Positions 34,569 through 45,670 of a DNA stretch of 64,000 nt are shown here, in pieces. Source of the stretch: Bdellovibrionales bacterium (GTDB lineage: Bacteria; Patescibacteriota; JACMRA01). The translations under genes were made by a program, and so were the position numbers. Below the pieces are notes generated by a model. The model did no database searches and was not told the DNA's origin. It saw nothing but the letters and a program-made list of their open reading frames with translations. The stretch covers positions 4,525 to 68,524 of the forward strand of contig JBILXY010000005.1 of NCBI GenBank assembly GCA_044378055.1, written 5' to 3'. Numbering within the stretch: the first letter of the stretch is position 1; every line of letters starts with the position of its first letter.

Positions 34569-35684
34569 CTAAGCGTCAATATCAGAATTTTCTTCAGAAA
34601 CTACCTCGCCTTCTGGTTTTTCTTCAATGGCGTTAATGCTAATATCTAAATCTAATAATTCAGAAGCAAGTCTAACATTTACACCTTTCCTTCCAACAGC
34701 CAAAGAGGCCTCTTCAGGGTAACAGAAAATGTTTACGCGGTTATCTTCCTTAGAATAGTCGATTGTTTGAATTTCAGCTGGTTCTAGAGCATCCATAATC
34801 ATTTCTTCCATTTCTTCTGGTCTGTTTTCTACAACATCAATCTTTTCAGACATGGTAATAGAAATTTCACGCATGATATTAATAATTCTTACATTCTTTC
34901 TTCCCAATATAGTTCCAACTGGATCGATATTTTCATCTTCAGGGGCTGAAACCAAAATTTTACTTCTAACACCGGCTTCTCTAGCAATTTTATCGATAAC
35001 CACAATTCCGGCTTCTACTTCAGGAACTTCTTTAGCAATAATAGCCCTAATAAAGTCTGGGTGAGAGCGGGATAGAACTAACCTTGAGTTTCCTCTTTCG
35101 TCTTCGCTAATTTCCACAATTAAAGCTTTGATATTCTGACCTGGCTTGAATCTATCGGTTGGCATTAGGTTTTCCTTAGCAATAAATCCAGAAGTGTTGG
35201 CAAATTTTACAATATAGCCACCTTTTCTTGAAAAATCAACTTCTACATTAATTACATCACCAATTTTGTCTTTGAATTGTTGAAGAATTTTAGTATGCTT
35301 AACATTGTTAATACTTTGGCGCAAAACCTGCTTTGCAACCTGGGAAGCAATTCTACCAAAGTTCATATCTCCATCAGTAATTACAACCTTTTTTAAAGTG
35401 TCTCCCATCTGGGCGTTAGGGTCGGTAAGCCTGGCTTCTACCAAGGTAATTTCGCGCAGTGGATTGATAACTTCTTCCACAACATGGGTTACTTCGTAAA
35501 CGGTATATTTTCCGGTTAAATTGTTGAATTCACCTTCATAAGATTTGTCTTTGTCACCAAATTCTTTGCGGTAAGCACCGGCAAGGGAAGTACCGATAGA
35601 TTTAATAATTTCATCTGGGGAAAGACCAATTTCAATTCCCAACAAGTCAATTTGTTCTTGTAAGTCGGATAAGTTAAAGGGCAT
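34569..35684 (-). CDS. nusA: Transcription termination/antitermination factor NusA
   Basis: N-terminal domain, S1 (GDVINVEV...) and two KH domains (PGVRSKI-like AGVRSKILV, ...GRKGVNVRLASELL). The listed 5' extension to 35771 is repeat-derived, so the start is set at ATG 35684. Confidence 0.93.
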   Translation of the reverse strand: MPFNLSDLQEQIDLLGIEIGLSPDEIIKSIGTSLAGAYRKEFGDKDKSYEGEFNNLTGKYTVYEVTHVVEEVINPLREITLVEARLTDPNAQMGDTLKKVVITDGDMNFGRIASQVAKQVLRQSINNVKHTKILQQFKDKIGDVINVEVDFSRKGGYIVKFANTSGFIAKENLMPTDRFKPGQNIKALIVEISEDERGNSRLVLSRSHPDFIRAIIAKEVPEVEAGIVVIDKIAREAGVRSKILVSAPEDENIDPVGTILGRKNVRIINIMREISITMSEKIDVVENRPEEMEEMIMDALEPAEIQTIDYSKEDNRVNIFCYPEEASLAVGRKGVNVRLASELLDLDISINAIEEKPEGEVVSEENSDIDA

Positions 35685-35728
35685 AATAATGTATAAATAA
35701 TTTTTAATTAAGGTTTCGGTAAATTTGT

Positions 35729-35800
35729 GTACCCCTGGTAAGGGGTCAGAGCGAAGCTCTGGGGGTAGCAAGGGGTCAAGCCAAAGGCTTGGGGGTAGCC
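35729..35800 (+). repeat. GC-rich multi-hairpin element, family 1, copy D
   Basis: GTACCCCTGGTAAGGGGT (35729-35746), then CAGAGC-GAA-GCTCTG, GGGGTAGC, AAGGGGTC, AAGCC-AAA-GGCTT, GGGGGTAGCC. Confidence 0.9.
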
Positions 35801-35885
35801 AGCAAAATTCACCTAAATAAAAGAACCTCCAAGGGGAAGTTCATTATAATTTTTATAAACCTTACAACTACAGAGTTGTCAAGGA

Positions 35886-36710
35886 TTAATATTTTTTAAT
35901 TTGGCACCTAATTTTACCATCAAATTTAGGTGCGGGGTGCTCATCACCAATTAACATAAATTGCCCAAAGGTTCTTGTATCACTTGAGGATATGTTCCCA
36001 ATGTTTTCACCAATTTTATCCTTTAATAGTATTGTAGTTGGCCAACCATCAATCAAGTTAATTGCACTTGGGCTAATTTGGAACTCTAGTCCTTTACCCC
36101 AAGCTTGTTTACCAATTGAATATTGTTTTGCTTCTCTAAACACATCAGGGCAAGATAGTAGTGCTTGTTTAAAAATAAGACCAGGCATTCTGTTCTTAAT
36201 TCTACTGATAGCAGAGTCAAATCCTATTGTGTAATCTATGCCTGAAGTTCTTGCAATTTCCACTTTGAAAGTTGGAACAAGCCCATCTTTGTCAGATTTA
36301 ACATTTTCAAAATCAAAAATGAATTTGGCTCTTATAACTGGATTCTCAATTTTATAAGAACTAGTTTCAGTAAAAAAAAGAAATTTTCCAATTGTGTATT
36401 TATATTCATCCTCATCGAGGCTAATTGTTATTTCAGCAGTCGAAACTTCTCGCAATTGTTTAGCTTGAACAACCAAGTTGCTCAATTTACCTGATGACTG
36501 ACCAGGAAAAAAACTAAAGTTAAAACAAGATCCATCTAAGCAAACTGCTTTCTTTATAGAATCCCTTATTTCCTCTACCTGAGCATTGACTTGTTTGTAC
36601 AAGTCATAGTTCAAATCAGGAAGAAATTTGTGATACCCAAACCAAGCTAGAACTGGTAATACAACAATCATTACTCGTTTGTATTTCCAAGGCTCATACC
36701 ATTCTCTCAT
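35886..36710 (-). CDS. Hypothetical membrane-anchored protein (274 aa)
   Basis: A single N-terminal TM helix (VMIVVLPVLAWFGY) and a soluble domain. No motif recognised. Confidence 0.5.
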   Translation of the reverse strand: MREWYEPWKYKRVMIVVLPVLAWFGYHKFLPDLNYDLYKQVNAQVEEIRDSIKKAVCLDGSCFNFSFFPGQSSGKLSNLVVQAKQLREVSTAEITISLDEDEYKYTIGKFLFFTETSSYKIENPVIRAKFIFDFENVKSDKDGLVPTFKVEIARTSGIDYTIGFDSAISRIKNRMPGLIFKQALLSCPDVFREAKQYSIGKQAWGKGLEFQISPSAINLIDGWPTTILLKDKIGENIGNISSSDTRTFGQFMLIGDEHPAPKFDGKIRCQIKKY

Positions 36711-36862
36711 TTATATCTCCAACTTGTTCACTAAATACCCAACACCTAATTATAAATCACAAAAAATGGGTATGGTCAAACTGGTTTTTTTGGTTAATTT
36801 TAAGAAGAAAAGTGGTAAGAATATACCTACAATTCTGTTGATAAATTTAGATGTGGTTAAAC

Positions 36863-37075
36863 TTAAATTTTAGATCGGAATTTTGATAAAATAAACATGG
36901 TTGTGAAAAAATAACCATTAGCAATAAAAAATCCTTGCAAAATTAACTCATACCAAATTTTTGTTTCAGTTGGAACATCATACTTTGTGAACAGGTAATA
37001 GAGAATAATAATCGAAATAATATTACAAGTTAATGCTAAATAATATTTGTAGTTAAGTTTAAGATGAAGTTTCAA
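36863..37075 (-). CDS. Small membrane protein (70 aa, TTG start), possibly the 3' half of a split gene
   Basis: Two TM helices. An unlisted 50-aa, 2-TM ORF (37224 to 37072) ends in TGA overlapping this TTG (TTGA). Confidence 0.3.
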   Translation of the reverse strand: MKLHLKLNYKYYLALTCNIISIIILYYLFTKYDVPTETKIWYELILQGFFIANGYFFTTMFILSKFRSKI

Positions 37076-37277
37076 TATATAATAGGTAGAAGCAGTAAAA
37101 TACCAAAATTTAATGGCAAAAATACAGTTCCCAAAAATAAAATATTTGAGTAGAAATCTTTTATATTAAGCGCTAATATTAGATTTATAAAATTGAATAT
37201 TATAACGCCTGTTGCTGAATTCATAGAAAGTATTAGTTACATTTATCATTAAAATTAGCAAAAAACCAATATCTTTG

Positions 37278-37556
37278 TTAATCTGCTTTTCCCTTGTTTT
37301 TTAATAGCAAAAGTGGCAAAAGAATTGTAATTACTGCAAAAATTATCTGAAAATTTCTTACAAATTCTAAAATATTAGTATCAATTTGATTACTGTCAGT
37401 ATAATATATAAGAAAAACATCAATAGCACAATTTAACAGTGCAAACCCAAAAGAATACAGACTAATAGTTCTAAGTTTTTTATAATATCTTGAAATTAAC
37501 AAGTAAAAAATTGATATTAATAAAGAATAGAATGGTAGAAAATATATTATGTACAT
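37278..37556 (-). CDS. Small membrane protein (92 aa, 3 TM)
   Basis: ORF with hydrophobic segments. Confidence 0.35.
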   Translation of the reverse strand: MYIIYFLPFYSLLISIFYLLISRYYKKLRTISLYSFGFALLNCAIDVFLIYYTDSNQIDTNILEFVRNFQIIFAVITILLPLLLLKNKGKAD

Positions 37557-37626
37557 AAGGATTTTTTTTAAGGATTACAACCTGCTCTAAACATTCCGTC
37601 CAGGCCTACATCACGCCTCCATGGCT

Positions 37627-37893
37627 CTATGTTCCACTCTTTTTATGCAACTTTTTTAGTATAAATTTGAATATAAATAGTAGTTGCAAGATGATGGAGA
37701 ATATACCTAATGTTAAGGCTAAGTATAGTAAAAAATAATAATTAAATTCAAAACCTAAAACATAGGTTGGATAGAACTTTTCAAAATTTACATTCTCATC
37801 TTTCAGAATTCCAAAAAAAACAAGCGTTAATAAGCAAATTAATTCTACTAAAATTGAGTAAAAAATAAAAACTGGTTTAATATATTTTTTCAT
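37627..37893 (-). CDS. Small membrane protein (88 aa, 2-3 TM)
   Basis: ORF with hydrophobic segments. Starts 9 nt after the stop of the upstream secreted protein gene. Confidence 0.4.
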   Translation of the reverse strand: MKKYIKPVFIFYSILVELICLLTLVFFGILKDENVNFEKFYPTYVLGFEFNYYFLLYLALTLGIFSIILQLLFIFKFILKKLHKKSGT

Positions 37894-37901
37894 AAAACTT
37901 T

Positions 37902-39020
37902 TTAATTACATCCGTTTCTTACAAACCCCCAATAGCCTTTATCTGGCTTAATAGGCTCTATATTCCATGGAACTTTATTTCCCTGTGGGATATCAGCATG
38001 GCACATAAACTGATTGTACATCGACCAATATTGATTTGTATTCCATCGTTTATTCCAAGGACTATTTACGCAAGTCCAACCTGACCATAGTGCACAATTA
38101 GATGTTTTGTCGAATGATTCTTGCCAACAAGCCCACTGTCCTCTACAATTCCAAGCACCACACCAAGTTGGACTGTTGCTTGCAGACCACATTCCGTCTC
38201 TATTTATCCAATTTACAGTACTAATTGCATTGCCACACCAAGTAGGGTCGGCTACAACTGGAAAGGCTGCATTTTCTAGGTTTATGTGTTGCCTTAAAGT
38301 GTTTCCGTTTTCTACTGTGTACCAGGTTTTTAAATCTTTTTTGTTAGCATCTACAGCCCAAGGTTTTCCTATTGAAATAACCGGTGTTTGTCTAGACATT
38401 ATTAAATCTGAAGTAGATTTACCTATACTTTTTGGTAAATTAATTTTTTCTATTTTGTTGAAATTTGGGTTGGGTTTGGTTATAACTGCACTTCCATCAT
38501 TATTGATAGAAAGTTTATAATCTTGTTTTAATTCTACTTTAAAATCGTAAAAATTTGGAGCATCTTTAGACTTTATATTTATAACCTGTCTTACTCCACC
38601 ATCTACTGCTTCAACAATGATATCTGTTTTAGACTTTTCGCCTGAATAAATTACCTTTTCATCAACAATATCCACTGAATTTATTTCCTTATCTTCAGGG
38701 ATAGAAATAGAAATATCATCATTTAACCTGGATAATTTAACTTTTTTATCTTTCAAACTAAAGTCTAATTTAATGTTTGTCTGGTCAGAGTTTAAACGGT
38801 TACTATCTTTGTTATTTTTTGTAAGTTTTTGAGAAATTGGCTTCTGTTTATCTTTATCTTTTATATTTTCAAGTAATTGTTTAGTTAGGTTAAAAGATCT
38901 TTTATTTACCTTTAAATCTAGCGAATCCGAAGCTTGTACATTAAAATTAAGAAGTGAGAAGGCTAATACGAAAATGATTGATAATGAAAATATATTTATT
39001 TTGAAAGGTTTTGTGAACAT
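37902..39020 (-). CDS. Secreted protein with a Cys/Trp-rich C-terminal domain (DUF2599-like)
   Basis: Signal peptide MFTKPFKINIFSLSIIFVLAFSLLNFNVQA. KPWAVDANKKDL...FPVVADPTW and ...NQFMCHADIP...PWNIEPIKP...GCN resemble the DUF2599 pattern as recalled. 10 Cys and 20 Trp in the last ~120 aa. Confidence 0.55.
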   Translation of the reverse strand: MFTKPFKINIFSLSIIFVLAFSLLNFNVQASDSLDLKVNKRSFNLTKQLLENIKDKDKQKPISQKLTKNNKDSNRLNSDQTNIKLDFSLKDKKVKLSRLNDDISISIPEDKEINSVDIVDEKVIYSGEKSKTDIIVEAVDGGVRQVINIKSKDAPNFYDFKVELKQDYKLSINNDGSAVITKPNPNFNKIEKINLPKSIGKSTSDLIMSRQTPVISIGKPWAVDANKKDLKTWYTVENGNTLRQHINLENAAFPVVADPTWCGNAISTVNWINRDGMWSASNSPTWCGAWNCRGQWACWQESFDKTSNCALWSGWTCVNSPWNKRWNTNQYWSMYNQFMCHADIPQGNKVPWNIEPIKPDKGYWGFVRNGCN

Positions 39021-39257
39021 ATATAGTTTTTTAAATTTATAATATTCTATATAAGCCATTGTATTAAACAACAGTCAAAGAAAAAAACTGTTCACAGATT
39101 GGACTTTACAGAATATAAACTTAAATAATGTAAATAATAACAATTTATTAACACAAAAATTATTCAAGATAAAAATATATCTAAGGAGAATAAATCTACT
39201 TTAATAGAGCATATAAATAACGATTTACTCAATAACAGATAGAATATGTGTATTACC

Positions 39258-39287
39258 CCACAATAAAAGACCCAATTAAGGGCCTTT
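39258..39287 (-). terminator. Possible terminator downstream of the 23S rRNA
   Basis: The minus strand reads AAAGGCCC-UUAAUU-GGGUCUUU (one G-U pair) followed by UAUUGUG. Confidence 0.45.
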
Positions 39288-39313
39288 ATGATGGTTTTAC
39301 TGAAGTTTGCAAC

Positions 39314-39331
39314 TTACAGCTGGATTTTAGC
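39314..39331 (-). other. 3' half of the pre-23S processing stem
   Basis: TTACAGCTGGATTTTAGC is the exact reverse complement of 42482-42499. Confidence 0.75.
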
Positions 39332-39371
39332 AAAGTTTTATTAAATTAAAAAACTAGAAAAAATTAAAATT

Positions 39372-42392
<3,021 letters not shown>

Positions 42393-42481
42393 TAACTTTT
42401 TATAGATCTTTAATTTTTTTCGAACTTACACGTTAGAAAGATTTAGTATTTCTACTAATGCTTTTCTACCGCGGTTTTTAT

Positions 42482-42499
42482 GCTAAAATCCAGCTGTAA
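42482..42499 (-). other. 5' half of the pre-23S processing stem
   Basis: GCTAAAATCCAGCTGTAA pairs perfectly (18 bp) with 39314-39331. Confidence 0.75.
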
Positions 42500-42575
42500 A
42501 TTGACTATCTATTATGCAGATTATTAGCATATTAGTAGCTCTTTAAAAGAGACAAAAATTTGTTCACTTGTCAAG

Positions 42576-43307
42576 TTATTTCGCCAAAAGGTGTTTGTAC
42601 TTCTCTTTCAAAGCTATCAAATGTGTGTTTAAATAGAGGCTTTTAGTCATTTTCTGGCTACGATTAGTTTCGTGCATTCTATGCAAATGACTGTAAAAAT
42701 GTAAATAAATAGGCATTTCTTCTTGTTCCAAAAAAGATAAATACATATCAATATCTTCTGGGCCAACAAAATTTTCGTCCATACCACCAACCCTAGCAAT
42801 CAACTCTTTCTTAATTAATGTATTAAATTGAATAAAATGGTCACCTGTTAACACTGATTTAAGTAAGTCAGAAACATCTTTAAATTTCCAGCCGTAATAA
42901 TCTTCTCCTGATAGGTATGATAGTTTCGCATCTACCCTTAAAAAATCTGCAACAAACCAATTGGTTTTAGGATTAGATTTTATTGCCACTGCGAAGTTTG
43001 CTAAGGTTCTTTGTAGAATAATATCGTCGTCATCTAAAACAAAAATCCAATCATATTTAGCTTTGGCAACTCCTAGATTGAAAGCTTTTTTTCGGCCTAC
43101 ATTTTCTTTTAAATCTATGAAGCTAAAATTTTCTGGGAAAGATTGAGCGTTTAAATACTTACTTACATCAGGGTTACCGTCATTAACAATAATATATTCC
43201 CAAGTTATTTGATGTGGAGTATTGATTAAGTTTACAACACTTTCTATTGTTTCGTTTAGGAATTGTATTCTGCTTGTTCTGGTTATAACAGAGATGGTTG
43301 TGTTCAT
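42576..43307 (-). CDS. Family 2 glycosyltransferase
   Basis: ISVITRTSRIQFLNETIESV..., IIVNDGNPD and FVLDDDDII (DxD) motifs. Start at the internal ATG (MNTTISVI). Confidence 0.8.
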   Translation of the reverse strand: MNTTISVITRTSRIQFLNETIESVVNLINTPHQITWEYIIVNDGNPDVSKYLNAQSFPENFSFIDLKENVGRKKAFNLGVAKAKYDWIFVLDDDDIILQRTLANFAVAIKSNPKTNWFVADFLRVDAKLSYLSGEDYYGWKFKDVSDLLKSVLTGDHFIQFNTLIKKELIARVGGMDENFVGPEDIDMYLSFLEQEEMPIYLHFYSHLHRMHETNRSQKMTKSLYLNTHLIALKEKYKHLLAK

Positions 43308-43399
43308 GATTATATAAATATCAAAGATGGTGGATTGGGTCAAAAAAAATATCACCCCGAAGGGTGATTTATTGGTAAATTATATTTATTGGCCAAAGC

Positions 43400-43516
43400 G
43401 GGAGATAGTAAATATCTCCCCTACGGTAAAATTTTGTTCGACGCAATGGTCGCATTTATGGCGATCCGCGATCGCCGCTACGGGCCCAAACGGGAGGATG
43501 AATTCTTCCCCTACGG
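43400..43516 (+). repeat. Cluster of three GC-rich hairpins, each followed by CTACGG (family 2)
   Basis: GGGAGATA-GTAAA-TATCTCCC-CTACGG (43400-43426). GGCGATC-CGC-GATCGCC-GCTACGG (43460-43483). GGGAGGA-TGAAT-TCTTCCC-CTACGG (43492-43516). Confidence 0.85.
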
Positions 43517-43520
43517 TTTT

Positions 43521-44789
43521 TTACCTGCTGATTAGGGTGAAGGCTTTGCCGAATTTTCCGTTTCTGCCTGTTCTACCAATACGATGGATGTAATCTTCGT
43601 AACTCATTGGTTCGTCGAAGTTTACTACTGAAGAAATATCGCTAACATCAATACCACGCGCAGCAACATCTGTAGCAACTAAAATATCGATTTGTGTCTG
43701 TCTGAATCTTTTTAGTGCAATTTCGCGGTGTTTCTGGGTTTTACCTCCGTGAATGAAATCTGTGATATATCCGCTTTGACCTAATTGGGATGAAACTTGT
43801 TCAGCCATGATTTGGGTATTAACGAATACTAAAGTTTTAGTTCTTCCTTCTTTTTGAAGAATATCTAGTAAAACATCGATTTTTCTGTTGCTTCTATCAA
43901 TATGTACTGCTTCTTGGTGTACGAACATGGAAGGTTTAGGCTGGTTTAACTGAATATAGTCAGCAGTTGGGGCTAAACGATTAATGGTTGGTTGCACTTT
44001 TTTATCTAAAGTAGCAGAGAAGAATAGGTTTTGATGAACTTCAGGAATTTTGCTGAACAATAAGTTAATATCGTCGGAAAAACCCATATCTAACATTCTA
44101 TCCATTTCGTCTAAAACTACTGTATCTACATATTCAAGTTGTAAAACTCCGCGGTGGAATAAATCTACAAGTCTTCCTGGTGTTCCAATGATGAAGTGAT
44201 TAGGACGACTTAAACCACGAATTTGGGTGCCCATTGAAGCTCCGCCAATACAAGTTTGTACTCCAATTCTTAGTTTTCTTAAATCGAAAGTCATTAATTC
44301 TTTTTCAATTTGAAGAGCAAGTTCACGAGTAGGGGCAATAATTAAATTAACCTGAATTTGGTTGTTCTTTGCGTGAGCAATTGTTTGATTAAGAAGAGGG
44401 ATTAAGAAAGCTCCGGTTTTACCTGAACCTGTTTGAGAAATTGCCACAATATCTTTTCCGCCTAAAACGACTGGAATTGATAGAGCCTGAATTTCTGTAG
44501 GGCTGTAATAGCCTCTTGCTGTAAGAGATTCTAAAATTTCTGGGGCAAGGTTTAAAGATTCAAAAGAACCGAAGTCTTTTTGTTCTTCAACGATAGTAAG
44601 TTCAGCTTGGTTGATTGTTTGATTGTAAAGGGAAATATCTAGAGTTTGACCTCTTCTTCCTCCTCTACCTCCGCCCCGACCTCCGCGGCCTGAACTGAAA
44701 CCTGAACGGCCACCACCAAAACTTCTACCTCCTCCTCTGTTCGAATTGGAGCGACCACCAAAGCCTCCTCCTTGAGAATTATAATTCAT
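43521..44789 (-). CDS. DEAD-box ATP-dependent RNA helicase with an N-terminal RGG-rich tail
   Basis: Q motif (GYYSPTEIQ), AISQTGSGKTGAF, PTRELA, VLDEMD (motif II variant), SAT, VATDVAARGIDV and HRIGRTGRNG. Confidence 0.92.
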   Translation of the reverse strand: MNYNSQGGGFGGRSNSNRGGGRSFGGGRSGFSSGRGGRGGGRGGRRGQTLDISLYNQTINQAELTIVEEQKDFGSFESLNLAPEILESLTARGYYSPTEIQALSIPVVLGGKDIVAISQTGSGKTGAFLIPLLNQTIAHAKNNQIQVNLIIAPTRELALQIEKELMTFDLRKLRIGVQTCIGGASMGTQIRGLSRPNHFIIGTPGRLVDLFHRGVLQLEYVDTVVLDEMDRMLDMGFSDDINLLFSKIPEVHQNLFFSATLDKKVQPTINRLAPTADYIQLNQPKPSMFVHQEAVHIDRSNRKIDVLLDILQKEGRTKTLVFVNTQIMAEQVSSQLGQSGYITDFIHGGKTQKHREIALKRFRQTQIDILVATDVAARGIDVSDISSVVNFDEPMSYEDYIHRIGRTGRNGKFGKAFTLISR

Positions 44790-44974
44790 ATAAGTAATAA
44801 CATTATTGCAGAACTAACCAAAGCAAAACAATATGTTATCACTTCAATCTGTGCAATTCTTTTAAGACTTATACAAAAACTACTTCTTGTAAAGGGGAAC
44901 TGTGAATACTAAGAAGAAAACGCCATGTATTAAACAAGTTAAGTATTTAATTCTTAGAAAATTTTATTTTAAAA

Positions 44975-45355
44975 CTAGATTATTGCAATTAATTTTACAG
45001 TGAAAACCAAAGGCGAATTAGCTGGAATTAAACCTGGAATTTCTCTGCTTCCGTAAGCAAGTTTTGCTGGAATTGTAAGTTTTCTTTCACCACCAACTTG
45101 CAACCCTTTTACATTTTCTAATCCTTCCCCAGTAATTCCCATATCCCAACCTTGAATAACTTGGCCAACCCCAATAGTTATATCTAAAGGTTGATTGCGT
45201 GAGTATGAACTATCAAAAGGTGTTCCATCCAGTAAAGTTCCAGCATAGTCGATTAAAATATCTTTACCTACAACAACTTCCGGACCAGTTCCAACGGTAA
45301 TATCTTCTACAATTAATTCATTTATTTCAGGGTTTTGGATATTTAATTCAGACAT
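44975..45355 (-). CDS. FKBP-type peptidyl-prolyl cis-trans isomerase
   Basis: YAGTLLDGTPFDSSYSR..., IGVGQVIQGWDMGI and GGERKLTIPAKLAYG. Confidence 0.9.
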   Translation of the reverse strand: MSELNIQNPEINELIVEDITVGTGPEVVVGKDILIDYAGTLLDGTPFDSSYSRNQPLDITIGVGQVIQGWDMGITGEGLENVKGLQVGGERKLTIPAKLAYGSREIPGLIPANSPLVFTVKLIAII

Positions 45356-45492
45356 AGGTATGTAAATTTATACTTTTTTATTCTAAATTGTTTGTCTAGA
45401 TTATGGCAAGAAAATTGTTATTTTTATTAGACTGACTGGACATAAATGGCTTAAGTGTAAATAGTTAAGTATTAAGTTGTGAGGAAAGTTTC

Positions 45493-45648
45493 ATGAAAGG
45501 AAGTATTGGAAGGAGAGGAAAACTAGCTTTAGCAGTTATTTTAACACTTGCTGTAATCCACTTAGAAGAAAGTAATAGTTTAGAAACTTATACTCATGAG
45601 AGCAAAAACTTACAAAACACAAGTAAGTTGACTAACAAAACCAAATAG
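45493..45648 (+). CDS. Possible small secreted or membrane peptide (51 aa), below the ORF-track cutoff
   Basis: GAGGAAAG precedes the ATG. MKGSIGRRGKLALAVILTLAVIHLEE... has a signal-like N-terminus. Confidence 0.25.
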   Translation: MKGSIGRRGKLALAVILTLAVIHLEESNSLETYTHESKNLQNTSKLTNKTK

Positions 45649-45670
45649 TTATATATTTGGTTAATTTTTT

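Noticed and set aside
35685-35771. N-terminal extension of the nusA ORF (MLPPELRSDPLPGVHKF...)
   Set aside because: The extension is the reverse-strand reading of repeat copy D. The conserved NusA N-terminus begins at the ATG at 35684.
43465-43476. GCGATCGC (the cyanobacterial HIP1 palindrome) inside the second family 2 hairpin
   Set aside because: It occurs once, as part of the GGCGATC/GATCGCC stem. There is no evidence of HIP1-type over-representation in this window.
43327-43593. 88-aa plus-strand ORF spanning the hairpin cluster
   Set aside because: It is a translation of the family 2 GC-rich repeats and of the antisense strand at the helicase 3' end. There is no start context and no motif.
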